IMG/VR virus record: IMGVR_UViG_3300011969_000080 | DNA length: 64,000 nucleotides | From: an uncultured virus (IMG/VR IMGVR_UViG_3300011969_000080) | Taxonomy: Duplodnaviria; Heunggongvirae; Uroviricota; Caudoviricetes | Reading direction: 5' to 3' (one strand) | Shown: piece after piece, positions 18,077-27,719 of the stretch | Layout: the number at the start of each line of letters is the position of its first letter | How positions within the stretch are numbered: the stretch's first letter is position 1 | Program-made: the position numbers and the translations under genes | Notes under the pieces: generated by a model | Seen by the model: only the letters and a program-made list of their open reading frames with translations | Databases searched by the model: none | Told to the model about the DNA's origin: nothing

Positions 18077-19252
18077 ATGGCAACCCCCGAGCAGAACACG
18101 TGCGGCGCCCCGACCACCAGGGGCGGCAGGTGTGGGCGCCCGCTACGGCGCGGCACCTTCGGCCGCAACGGGAAGCCCTCGGGGTGCTACTACCACAAAA
18201 CCCGGTTCACGGGCCGGGCCGCCCCGGTGACGGCGGCTGGGACGTGGGGATCCAGGCAGCCCCCGGTGGTGCCCCTACTTGCGGAGCCTGACGACATCCC
18301 CAGCGCTGAGCTGGCCCCCCACGTGCGGATGGACGGCGTCGACTTTGAGGTCGCGTGCCACCCGGACACGGGCCGGGGCCGTTACACGCTTCTAGGGCCC
18401 AACGGTGGCGAGCACTACACACGCCACATCATGCAGGAGGGCGTCGCGACCGCCCTGCTGTGGGTCAACGACGGCAAGAAGAACCTCCTCGACGAGAACC
18501 GGCGGCCCCAGCTGCTCGCTGAGGACGGCGACGGTGGGCTGACACGGGTGCGGCAGTTCTCCCCGCAGTGGCGGGTCATCGTGAACGAGGCCCTCGCAGC
18601 AGCGGGCAAGCCCCTACTCCCGGAGCCGGCACGGTCCGCGCCCGGCGCACCGCGCATGGAGATCCCCCTCACCCGCACCGGCTGGCACGACGCCGCAGTG
18701 GAGCTGCGGGCCCGGCTGGTCACGGCGGCGGACGAGGACCCGGTGACCCTGACCACGCCGTGCGGCGACCTGTCAGTAGTCGTGCGCGACGACAACTTCG
18801 TCGGGGACGGCCTGCCCTACACGGCCCTGCTTGAGGTGTCCGGGAAACTGGTCGTCGGCAAGTCCACGTACACGATCTCGGGGAACCCCGACTTCCTCCC
18901 GAGGATCCGCAACGAGGCTGGTGACCGCTGCGTCTCACGGGCCCGCGAGGCGCAGATCATCGACATCATCGAGGCGGCCTGGGCGGCGGACGGGGAGCAC
19001 GCTGGGGTGCGTGACCTGGCAGGCGCAGCCGAGAACGCCGACGCGGCCGACCGCATCGTCGGGCACCTGGTGGCCCGCATGAAGAACGCCCACGCGGAGC
19101 GGACACGGGCCCACCTGCTGCGCCTGGGCACCGCCGACTTGCCGGCCAAAGCCCGTGAGGCGGCCCTTTCCCTGGCTGCGGCCGGGTTCGGCGGCAGCGT
19201 CCAGGACCTGCGCGACGCAGTCACGGCCCTGTTCACCGCACCCGGCGAGTAG
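18077..19252 (+). CDS. Family A paralog (near-duplicate of 39932)
   Basis: CGAPTTRGGRC finger; MEIPLTRTGW; C-terminal GFGGSVQDLRDAVTALF. Confidence 0.8.
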   Translation: MATPEQNTCGAPTTRGGRCGRPLRRGTFGRNGKPSGCYYHKTRFTGRAAPVTAAGTWGSRQPPVVPLLAEPDDIPSAELAPHVRMDGVDFEVACHPDTGRGRYTLLGPNGGEHYTRHIMQEGVATALLWVNDGKKNLLDENRRPQLLAEDGDGGLTRVRQFSPQWRVIVNEALAAAGKPLLPEPARSAPGAPRMEIPLTRTGWHDAAVELRARLVTAADEDPVTLTTPCGDLSVVVRDDNFVGDGLPYTALLEVSGKLVVGKSTYTISGNPDFLPRIRNEAGDRCVSRAREAQIIDIIEAAWAADGEHAGVRDLAGAAENADAADRIVGHLVARMKNAHAERTRAHLLRLGTADLPAKAREAALSLAAAGFGGSVQDLRDAVTALFTAPGE

Positions 19253-19302
19253 TCACCACACCCGGCAGCCCGCCCCGGCGGATGGCTCCCACGGTGGGTC
19301 AC

Positions 19303-20115
19303 ATGCCCAACAAGAAAGTCACCTGTGGAACCACAGGCTGCGACCGCCCGTGCCGCCGTCCGCACACCATCAAGGCCGGCCGGTGCTGGGAGCACCTGCT
19401 GTCGGCCTTCCCCACCACCGCTGCCGCGGGGCAGCCTACGGCGGCGCCCGTGGTCGCGTTGGTCGCCGAGCGGCCTACGTGCCCGCTCATCGAGATCCCG
19501 GACACGCCGGAGGGGTGGGATGACGTCGCACACGAGCTAGCGGCCCGCCTGGCGGCCCTCGCGCAGGCCCCGCCGCTGAGGCTGGTCTGCGCGATTGGCG
19601 AGTTCACGGTACTGCCCCGCGTGTACTACCGCACCGACGGCGGCCCCGCCAGGGACTCCGATTGCGTGCTCACCTCTGAGGGCCACATGTCGTTGGGTTG
19701 GAGCCGCTACACCGTCTACGGGAACCCGCACCGCGTGGACGTTCAGACGGGTGACGCTGGCTGCGGCCGGGCCGCGACCCGCGGGCGAGCAGCACGGGTC
19801 AGGGAGGCGATCGCTCCCGTGTGGCTGGGTGACGGGGAACACGCAGAGCTCCGGGAGATGCACCTGGCGTACAAGGCGGCCGTGGACTACGGCCGCAGCT
19901 ACGCACGGGACCCCCACCGTGGGGGCAACCTGCTCGTTGAGGCGTACCTGGCCGACGGGCAACGCGCACTCCTGCGGCTGGCCGTCATCAACAGGCTGCG
20001 AGGCAAGGCCCGCGCTGCCGCCAGGGTGCTGATCGAGAACGGGTATGTGGGCCCCGTGCAGGACCTGCTGGACGCGGCCCACGCCGTAACTGCGGGACAG
20101 CTGTCTGCGCCCTGA
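19303..20115 (+). CDS. Family A paralog
   Basis: C-C-C-C-H finger; IEIPDTPEGW; GYVGPVQDLLDAA. Confidence 0.8.
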   Translation: MPNKKVTCGTTGCDRPCRRPHTIKAGRCWEHLLSAFPTTAAAGQPTAAPVVALVAERPTCPLIEIPDTPEGWDDVAHELAARLAALAQAPPLRLVCAIGEFTVLPRVYYRTDGGPARDSDCVLTSEGHMSLGWSRYTVYGNPHRVDVQTGDAGCGRAATRGRAARVREAIAPVWLGDGEHAELREMHLAYKAAVDYGRSYARDPHRGGNLLVEAYLADGQRALLRLAVINRLRGKARAAARVLIENGYVGPVQDLLDAAHAVTAGQLSAP

Positions 20116-20179
20116 CGAGGCCGTTGGCAAACCACGGAGCGGCCCACCACCCGGCTGGGTAGCACCCACGGTGGGGGGC

Positions 20180-20962
20180 ATGCCCAACGTCTGCACCTTC
20201 CCCGACTGCCCGCACACGCCGAGCATACCCGAAAACATCAAGCGCGGCCGCTGCTCCCTGCACCCCCCGCGTCCGGCCGCGGTCGCGACTCCGCGAGCCG
20301 CGGGGCCGGTAGTGGGGCCCGTGGCCGTCCCCTGGGGGCAGCCCAGGTCGCTCATCGAGGCCCCGACCACGGGGCGGGGCTGGTATGGCATTACTCTCGA
20401 GCTGGGGCAGCGGGTGAAGGCCTACGCGGACGGCCAGGACGTGCCCATCGCCCTGCCCGGCAGGCAGCGCGACGCGACGATTCCCCTCCGCCTGCGGGTG
20501 CAGGGGCAGCAGCCCATCTGGGGGTACAAGCTCATGCTGGACGGTGACGTCACCCTGCCCAGCGGGCGCATGTACTACGTGCGTGGCCTCAGCCCCTGGT
20601 CCATGAACGTCGTGACACACGGCACGGAGAGGCCCGTCAGACGCGCCACCTGGCGTCGCGTCGCGGAGTTCGTCCGTGTTGCCTGGGAAGCTGACGGGGC
20701 GCACACCGACCTGCTGGCGCTGTTTTACGCGTACGCGGCAGCGCGGGAGGCGTGCTACGAGTGGGAGGAAATGGAGGGCCCGGGCCTCCCAGAGGAGTCA
20801 CCCGTCGCTCATGTGCGTCTCCTGCGCCTGGCCGCGACCGACCGCCTTCAAGGCGGGGCCCGGGCTGCTGCCCTGCGGCTGGTCGAGAACGGGTACACGG
20901 GGTCCGCGCAGGACATGCTGGACGCGGCCACCGCCCTCATGGCAGACCAGCCGGGACGGTAG
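20180..20962 (+). CDS. Family A paralog
   Basis: CPHTPS..RGRCSLH; IEAPTTGRGW; GYTGSAQDMLDAA. Confidence 0.8.
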   Translation: MPNVCTFPDCPHTPSIPENIKRGRCSLHPPRPAAVATPRAAGPVVGPVAVPWGQPRSLIEAPTTGRGWYGITLELGQRVKAYADGQDVPIALPGRQRDATIPLRLRVQGQQPIWGYKLMLDGDVTLPSGRMYYVRGLSPWSMNVVTHGTERPVRRATWRRVAEFVRVAWEADGAHTDLLALFYAYAAAREACYEWEEMEGPGLPEESPVAHVRLLRLAATDRLQGGARAAALRLVENGYTGSAQDMLDAATALMADQPGR

Positions 20963-20979
20963 CCCCCACAGTACGTCGC

Positions 20980-21768
20980 ATGCCTACCACCGGAGTTGTC
21001 TGCAGCGTCTCTGGATGTGGCCGCCCATGCGTCGTGCCGCGCACCATCAAGGCGGGCCGTTGCTGGAAGCACCCGCTCCCGGCAACGGCCCCAGGGCCCA
21101 CCCACACGGCCGGCCAGGCGCGCCCTGCCCCCGTCGTTGTGGTTGCCCCCGAACAGCCGGCGTACCCGATCATCGAGGTCCCGGACACGCAGGAGGGGTG
21201 GGGTGTCGCCAGGCGCGAGCTGCAGCGGCGGGTGGCGGAGTACGTGGGTGGCCCAGACGTGCCCGTGGCGGTGCCGGGCCGCCGGCGCGACTCCGCGCTC
21301 CCGCTCCGTCTGAGAATGACGAACCCCCTGACCTGGGGGTACCAGCTCGAGCTGGCCGGGGACGTCGCCCTACCGGGCGGGCTCGCGTACTACTGCCGCG
21401 GCTACCACCCACACGACGACATCGCACGGATCACGTACGCGGGCCGCTTCGTAGAGCCGGAGACAGAGACAGCCCGCCGGGTCCGGGAGCTGGTGCGCGC
21501 GGCCTGCGAGGCTGAGGGGGAGCACACCCGCGTACTGACGGTGTACGGCGCGTACTGCGCGGTCGACGAGCAGGCGCGTTTCGGCGCCTCGGGGGATGCG
21601 GATGTGCTCTACCTCGCCCACAGGGGGCTCCTACGCCTGGCTGTGGTAGATCACCTCCGCGGCAAGGCCCGCGACGCGGCCACAGCGTTGGTCGAGGACG
21701 GGTACATGGGGCCCGTGCAGGACCTGCTGGACGCGGCCACCGCCGTGGCGGCCCAGGTCGGCGGCTGA
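20980..21768 (+). CDS. Family A paralog
   Basis: Zn finger; IEVPDTQEGW; GYMGPVQDLLDAA. Confidence 0.8.
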   Translation: MPTTGVVCSVSGCGRPCVVPRTIKAGRCWKHPLPATAPGPTHTAGQARPAPVVVVAPEQPAYPIIEVPDTQEGWGVARRELQRRVAEYVGGPDVPVAVPGRRRDSALPLRLRMTNPLTWGYQLELAGDVALPGGLAYYCRGYHPHDDIARITYAGRFVEPETETARRVRELVRAACEAEGEHTRVLTVYGAYCAVDEQARFGASGDADVLYLAHRGLLRLAVVDHLRGKARDAATALVEDGYMGPVQDLLDAATAVAAQVGG

Positions 21769-21769
21769 C

Positions 21770-22576
21770 GTGGCCCCCGCCAAGAAGGTCATCTGCGCGG
21801 TCCCCAGCTGCGGGCGGGAGTGCCGCAAGCCGCTCATGCGCGCCCGCAAGCGCTGCCACAAGCACCCGTGCGTAGCCACGCCGACAGCAGCCAGCCGAGG
21901 GCCGGTGCTCCCCGCCCCCGTGCTTTCAGCCGCCGTATCGTCCATTGCCGCGGGCCGCCTGGCGTTTCCGTCCACCGAGAAGGGCTGGCTGGCGACCACG
22001 GATGTTCTGCGCGGGCGCCTGGCAGAGCTGGCGCCTTCCCCACTACCACCGCTGGCTGTGCCCGGTGGTGAGCTGGCCATGGAGCTCGCATTTGGGCGCG
22101 AACCCGGTGGCGCGGAAGTGGGCCTGCCGTTCCACGGGACGCTGGTTGTTGGGGGCGTCGAGTACTTTGCGTCTGGGGCGCGCCCCGGCAGCGGGGGCCT
22201 TGTTGTCCGCACCCTGGACGGCCAGCGCGTGCCCACCGACGTCCTACACGCGGTGTCCGTCGCTGTGGGGGACGCCTGGGAGGCCGACGAGGAGCACGCG
22301 GAGCTGCGGGATCTCCACGACGCGTTCCGCGCCTGCGCCTGGATGTGGTACGACTACGACAACGTCAGCGAGTACAGGCCACGTCCCGGCCTGCATCCGG
22401 CCCTCAGGGGCACGGCCGACCGTGCCCGCCGGGCCCTGGCGCTGCTTGTCACCCGGGACCTCCCCGAGCCGGCCCGCAAAGTGGCGCTGACCCTGGTTGA
22501 TCACGGCTACTGCGGGGACGCGGAGGAACTGTGTGACGCCGCCTCCGCCACCGTGGTCGAGCGGCCAGGCCGGTAG
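21770..22576 (+). CDS. Family A paralog
   Basis: GTG start 1 nt after the previous stop; FPSTEKGW; GYCGDAEELCDAA. Confidence 0.75.
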   Translation: MAPAKKVICAVPSCGRECRKPLMRARKRCHKHPCVATPTAASRGPVLPAPVLSAAVSSIAAGRLAFPSTEKGWLATTDVLRGRLAELAPSPLPPLAVPGGELAMELAFGREPGGAEVGLPFHGTLVVGGVEYFASGARPGSGGLVVRTLDGQRVPTDVLHAVSVAVGDAWEADEEHAELRDLHDAFRACAWMWYDYDNVSEYRPRPGLHPALRGTADRARRALALLVTRDLPEPARKVALTLVDHGYCGDAEELCDAASATVVERPGR

Positions 22577-22593
22577 CACCCACGGTGGGGCAC

Positions 22594-23385
22594 ATGCCCA
22601 ACAAGAAAGTCACCTGTGGCTCCACAGGCTGTGGCCGCCCGTGCATCATTCCGCGCACCATCAAAGCTGGCCGCTGCTGGAAGCACCCACTACTGGTTGT
22701 CACGCCGTCGCCCGCTATGCGACCTGCGGGCCCGGCGCCCGTTGTCCCCGTTACTGCTGAGGCTGCGCCAGCGGCCACGTATCCCACTATTGAGATCCCA
22801 GACACCCAGGAGGGGTGGGGGGCCGTCAGGGACGAGCTCGCAGCGCGCCTGGTGGTTATGGCGCAGACCTGGCAAGTGCGGCTGGCCTGCGAGGGCGGCG
22901 AGGTTTGGGTGGATATTACCCAGTCCGCGCCCGGGGTGGCCCGCCTAGAAGTTCGGGGCGGCGTGTCTTTGGGGCGGAGTCGCTACACCGTGTACGGGCT
23001 CCCGTGGCAGGTACAGGTCCAGAACGGTGACTACGGGTGTGGGCGGTCCGCAACTCCCAAGCGGACGGAGCGTGTCCGGTTGGCGGTCGGCGCCGCATGG
23101 GAGGCCCAGGGCGCGCACACGCCGCTTCGGGAAATGTACATGGCGTACCTGGCGGCCAGTAACTGCGCCAGCAGCTATGCGTGGCTTGTCCGCCCCGGCT
23201 CCGCCGAGCGCGCCGAGCGGGTCCGGGCCGACGGGCGCCACAAGCTCCTGGTCCTGGCTGTGGGGAAGCTGCGGGGCAAAGCCCACGACGCAGCCACCGC
23301 GCTGGTTGACAGCGGGCACATGGGCCCCGTGCAGGACATGCTGGACGCGGTCGCCGCCGTTGTGGCCAACCAGCCGGGCCGGTAG
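22594..23385 (+). CDS. Family A paralog
   Basis: MPNKKVTCG finger as in 19303; IEIPDTQEGW; GHMGPVQDMLDAV. Confidence 0.8.
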   Translation: MPNKKVTCGSTGCGRPCIIPRTIKAGRCWKHPLLVVTPSPAMRPAGPAPVVPVTAEAAPAATYPTIEIPDTQEGWGAVRDELAARLVVMAQTWQVRLACEGGEVWVDITQSAPGVARLEVRGGVSLGRSRYTVYGLPWQVQVQNGDYGCGRSATPKRTERVRLAVGAAWEAQGAHTPLREMYMAYLAASNCASSYAWLVRPGSAERAERVRADGRHKLLVLAVGKLRGKAHDAATALVDSGHMGPVQDMLDAVAAVVANQPGR

Positions 23386-23402
23386 CACCCACGGTGGGGC
23401 GC

Positions 23403-24227
23403 ATGACCAACACAGAGAGCACCTGCTCCTACCCCCGGTGCCCGCACACACCCAGTACCCCCGAGAACATCAAGCGCGGGCGCTGCTCCCTACACCCCCC
23501 GACAGTGGCCGCCCCGGGGGCCGCGCGCACGGCCAGCCGGGCGCTTTCTGCCCCCGTCATCGCGGCTGCCCCTGAGCAGCCGGTGGCCCCGTTCATCGAG
23601 ATCCCGGACACGCCGGATGGGTGGGAGGACGTCAGGCGGGAGATCGGAGCACGCCTGGACGCCTACCTGGAAGCCCCGCAGGTTCTGACCTGCGAGGGCG
23701 GCGAGGTCCATGTGCAGATAGAGGCGTACGCGCACGAAGAGGCGGCGTTCAGCCCGGCAAGGCACGGGTACAACGCCATACTCACGGGCCGCGTGTCGGT
23801 TGGCCGGCGCCACTACTGGGTCTACGGCGGCCAACCGGACCACGCGGCCGTGATGGCGGACACCAAGAGAGGCCGCATGAAGGAGGGCGTGCAGGAGCTC
23901 CTGATCATTGGCAGGGTCTCCGCGGCGTGGCAGGCCGACGGGCCACATGCGAGGTGCCGGGCGCTGTACGAGGCGTACCAGTCGGCCGCGGAGGCCTCCA
24001 AGCGCAAACACGGCGGGCTCGGTATCTCGAACTCCCCGGAGAGGATCGCAGAAACGCAGGCCGCGGCGGCGCACGCCCTCCTACGGCTCGCCGCCGTAGA
24101 GTTGCAGGGCCCGGCCCGCGTCGCGGCCCTGCAGTTGGCCGGGGGCGAGTTCCCCGGAACGGTGCAGGACATGCTGGACGCGGTAGCCTCCGTGACGGCT
24201 GTGCAGGGCCGCACCACCGCTGGATGA
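23403..24227 (+). CDS. Family A paralog
   Basis: Finger as in 20180; IEIPDTPDGW; FPGTVQDMLDAV. Confidence 0.8.
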   Translation: MTNTESTCSYPRCPHTPSTPENIKRGRCSLHPPTVAAPGAARTASRALSAPVIAAAPEQPVAPFIEIPDTPDGWEDVRREIGARLDAYLEAPQVLTCEGGEVHVQIEAYAHEEAAFSPARHGYNAILTGRVSVGRRHYWVYGGQPDHAAVMADTKRGRMKEGVQELLIIGRVSAAWQADGPHARCRALYEAYQSAAEASKRKHGGLGISNSPERIAETQAAAAHALLRLAAVELQGPARVAALQLAGGEFPGTVQDMLDAVASVTAVQGRTTAG

Positions 24228-24254
24228 CCGGGGCGGGCGCCCACGGTCAGGCGC

Positions 24255-24953
24255 ATGACTAACCAGCGTCGCACAGGCGCCACAGACGGACGGGGCAGGC
24301 CTGCCCCGTCCGTTGTCGTGGTTTACGCCCGGTCGTGGCTGAGCCCGCCAGCGCCGACTGACCCGGCGCCCATCGAGATCCCGGACACGCCGGAAGGCTG
24401 GGAGGACGTCACGCGTAAGCTCTCAGCCCGTATGGAGGCTGCCGCGCTGGCCCCGCAGCAGCTGGCCTTCGAGGGCGGTGGGGTTGAGGTCGCGGTGACA
24501 TCCTGGGAGGGCTGGTACTACCTTGAGGCCCGCGGCTTCGTGTCGTTGGCCGGGGGCCGCTACCTCGTCAGCGGAAACCCGTGGCAGGTGAACGTCCAGG
24601 AGGCTGCGGTGGGCGAGGAGTTCCGCGCCGTCAGCCTCAAACGGGCGGCCCGCGTCGCCTTGGTGGTCACCACCGCGTGGCAGGCCGACGGGGAACATGC
24701 TGGGCTCCGCGAACTGGAAGCTGCGCACCTGGCGGCCACGAGCTGCTGCCGCTGCTACAACTACGCTGCGGATGCGGCCGCCCGCATTGAGGGCCTGGCC
24801 GCAGGCCGGCGTGCGCTCCTACGCCTCGCCGCCGTAGAGCTACACGGCAGTGTGCGCGAGGTTGCGCGGGCCTGGGTGGCGAATGGGTTCCCCGGGACGG
24901 TGGCAGAGCTGCTCGTGGCGTCCCTGGCCGTGGCCACCCAGCCAAGCGAGTAG
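24255..24953 (+). CDS. Family A paralog lacking the Zn finger
   Basis: IEIPDTPEGW; GFPGTVAELLVAS. Confidence 0.75.
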   Translation: MTNQRRTGATDGRGRPAPSVVVVYARSWLSPPAPTDPAPIEIPDTPEGWEDVTRKLSARMEAAALAPQQLAFEGGGVEVAVTSWEGWYYLEARGFVSLAGGRYLVSGNPWQVNVQEAAVGEEFRAVSLKRAARVALVVTTAWQADGEHAGLRELEAAHLAATSCCRCYNYAADAAARIEGLAAGRRALLRLAAVELHGSVREVARAWVANGFPGTVAELLVASLAVATQPSE

Positions 24954-24962
24954 CCCCACCCC

Positions 24963-25277
24963 TCAGACTGCGTCCTGCTCCACAATCCAGGCGGTGACCT
25001 GCACCATAGTGCCAGCGTCGATGATCCAGGCAGGCACCCCACCATGAAGGACCAACCCACCTGCGCCAGGCCTGATGAGTGTCTCCACGAAGTAGTCGCT
25101 GACGAACTGCCCGTCAGGGGTGAAGTCGTAGCGCCGGTCGTAAAACTCCACAGTGCCCTTGGGGTAGGCGGGGATGCGGCGGTTGGGGGACGGGACCCCG
25201 GCCGGGACGAACACGGCGCGGAATGGTACGCGGTTCTGAGCTACTACGTCGAGGCGGGTAACGGTCTTGGTGGTCAT
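24963..25277 (-). CDS. Hypothetical protein, phage-like
   Basis: VEFYDRRY..GQFVSDY..GGVPAW; GGGAG RBS; minus-strand promoter TTGTGC-N16-AACGGT at 25325-25352. Confidence 0.7.
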   Translation of the reverse strand: MTTKTVTRLDVVAQNRVPFRAVFVPAGVPSPNRRIPAYPKGTVEFYDRRYDFTPDGQFVSDYFVETLIRPGAGGLVLHGGVPAWIIDAGTMVQVTAWIVEQDAV

Positions 25278-25496
25278 GGTGTTCTCCCTGGGTGGCGTCG
25301 GAGCTTGTGTTCCTGACTACCTGAACCGTTAGCGCACACACGGATCGCACAATGCCTGCGGGGCACCAATCTTGGCTGTTCTCAGCCGGGGCACCCACCC
25401 TGATGCAATCAGAGCAGCTCTGGCCCTATTTCATCAGAGGGGTGTAGACAGCGACCACCAGTGGCACTGCCGGCCCGGGCACCCACGGTCTGGTGC

Positions 25497-26240
25497 ATGG
25501 CTAACCAGCAGAGGTCCCGACAGTCCAACCAGCGCCGCACAGGCGGCAACCCCACGGGTGGCGGGGGCAAGTTTGCCCTGGCCGCAGCAGGCGCGGTCGC
25601 CCTGGTGTTCCTGTTCAAGGCGCACCCCTTCCTCACCGTCCTCGGCACGGCCGTGGCAGCTGCGGCTTACGTCAAGTTCTGGCTGCTGCCGCACCGCGAC
25701 AAGGTCGCGAAGGCCGTCGTGGAGAAGGCCCGCACGGACAAGGTTGGCAACGACGCCGAGGCGGTCGTCGTGGCCGTTGTCGAGCGCACCCCGGGCCTGT
25801 ACACCAAGTTCACGAGCCTCAACCTTGGCCGCAACGGCGACTGCGACATCGCGGTGCTGGCCGCGAACGGCCTGGCGGCGATCGAAGTGAAGGCCGGCGG
25901 TGGCACCTGTGGGTGGGATGGGAGCGTCCTCACGTCAGGCGCCAAGAAGAGGGTTGTTCATGGGTCCCCGAACCCGGTCGTTCAGGCGCGCATTCAGGCT
26001 GACCTTCTCAGCAAGGCCGCTGGACGCCCCGCGCTGCCGATCGTCTGCGTTCACGACATGGTGAACCATATTTGGGCCAAGGGTGCCCGCGGCGAGGCCG
26101 ACGTTCTCATCTGCGGTAGGGGCTACCTGCCGTGGGCGCTGGCACACTCTCTGCCCGGTGGGCCCCTGTCCGAGAGGGACGCGGATCGCTTGGCCTCACA
26201 GCTCCGGCGCCTTCGGCCGCTGCCACCAAAGCGCAACTGA
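25497..26240 (+). CDS. Membrane-anchored NERD (PD-(D/E)xK) domain protein
   Basis: 2 TM segments, then GDCDIAVL..GLAAIEVK...NPVVQA. Confidence 0.75.
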   Translation: MANQQRSRQSNQRRTGGNPTGGGGKFALAAAGAVALVFLFKAHPFLTVLGTAVAAAAYVKFWLLPHRDKVAKAVVEKARTDKVGNDAEAVVVAVVERTPGLYTKFTSLNLGRNGDCDIAVLAANGLAAIEVKAGGGTCGWDGSVLTSGAKKRVVHGSPNPVVQARIQADLLSKAAGRPALPIVCVHDMVNHIWAKGARGEADVLICGRGYLPWALAHSLPGGPLSERDADRLASQLRRLRPLPPKRN

Positions 26241-26391
26241 CGAAGCAAAACCCGGGCGACCCCCCAGGGCCGCCAGGGAGGCACCCAGGAGCCACGTAGA
26301 GGCCTTGGGCGGTGCAGGGCGGTCGGCGACCCCCGTTAGGCCGTCAGAATGGCTTACAGGAACCCCGCCGCGAGTGTACACCCGCGGACGG

Positions 26392-27588
26392 TCAGTGGGA
26401 AGGGCCGGCGAGGAGGGCGCGGACGGCGCCAATCAGCTCCTGCGACGTTCCAGGGAAGGCGTCGGCCACCTGCTGCGCCGCCTGGCGTTCCGGACCTTCG
26501 AGGCTGTCTGCGGTAACGCGCAGCAACTCCCGATGCAGCTGCTGGACCTGTGCGGGGTGGTAGTCGGGAAGGGGGTGGGCGTCGGCGCCCTGACGCATCG
26601 CCACTGTGACCCACACGTGGCGGGCGGCAGTCCGAGCATCGAGCAGGTGCCGCAAGGGCAGCGTCACCGCACTCTCCCAGGCCTGGCGTACTGCCGCGGT
26701 GGCGGGGCACCGGCTGGCGGCGGGTGCCGTCCGCGTGCCGTCCGCGGTGAGCACGGAGAGGCCGTCGCCGGAGTAGGACAGGCTGCGCTCGTCGTCGTCG
26801 GGCGTCCCAGCGAGGGTGACCAGCGTGCGGGACACCGTGAGCTCCCCGGAGACAGCAACCCCGAACAGGGTGTCGCCGATGTAGTGGGTGTCCACGGATT
26901 CAGTGTGATCCGGGGGCACAACGGTGAAGGCCACGTCCCCATAGCGGGTGCCTACAACCACTGGAGGGGTGGCAGCCAGGCGCGCGTCAAGCTCCCGTAC
27001 CAGTTCGTTCACGCCTTCGACGCTTGCGGCCACCTCGAGAACGCATTCGGGGTGCGGGGCGCCGGCCTGGAATGGCTCTGGCACCGCATATTGCAGCCCG
27101 CCAAGGCGCGCGCGGACCTTGTTCTCCTGCACGTACCAGTCGATGGTGCCCCGCTCAACTGCCCATAGAACGTCGTCGTCGCTCACCACAAATCCGAGAG
27201 GGTAGTCTGGGTCGTTCGCGGCGAGGAACTTGTCACCGCGTGTCGCGCACAGGTCCTGCACACCCCACTCCTCGGGGGCCGGGCCTACCAACCACGCAAC
27301 GCCCGCTGGGGACACCAGGCTGAACCGCGGCTCCCCCGTCGTCTCGTCAGTGAACTGACGCACCGTGTATGGGATGTGGCCCACCTTGATCGGGGGCTGC
27401 GCAACGCCGGCCGCTGGGAACGGCAGCGCCGGCCGCCACACTGCCGGCGGTACCTTGGCACCCGCAGTCCACGCACCGGTCGGGATGGGACCCTGGTGGT
27501 CTCTGCGCCCACAGCGCTTGCCCAGCTTCCGGGGGTTGTGGCAGTAGCGGCCGTTGACTGGAAACTCGCACGTTGGCTTCTTGCTCAT
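26392..27588 (-). CDS. Family A paralog, inverted orientation
   Basis: Zn finger; closest to 29662; C-terminal FPGTSQELIGAVRALL; minus-strand CCCACGGT-N7-ATG. Confidence 0.8.
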   Translation of the reverse strand: MSKKPTCEFPVNGRYCHNPRKLGKRCGRRDHQGPIPTGAWTAGAKVPPAVWRPALPFPAAGVAQPPIKVGHIPYTVRQFTDETTGEPRFSLVSPAGVAWLVGPAPEEWGVQDLCATRGDKFLAANDPDYPLGFVVSDDDVLWAVERGTIDWYVQENKVRARLGGLQYAVPEPFQAGAPHPECVLEVAASVEGVNELVRELDARLAATPPVVVGTRYGDVAFTVVPPDHTESVDTHYIGDTLFGVAVSGELTVSRTLVTLAGTPDDDERSLSYSGDGLSVLTADGTRTAPAASRCPATAAVRQAWESAVTLPLRHLLDARTAARHVWVTVAMRQGADAHPLPDYHPAQVQQLHRELLRVTADSLEGPERQAAQQVADAFPGTSQELIGAVRALLAGPSH

Positions 27589-27719
27589 GCCCACAACCGT
27601 GGGTGCCCCCGTCGACGCGGGACACCCGACTGCTGGGGCCCGGTGGGGGCCGCCTCCTCAGCACCCACGGTGTTGGTACGGGCCGGATGCGCCCGCTAGC
27701 CGACGACGGGGGGCGCCCG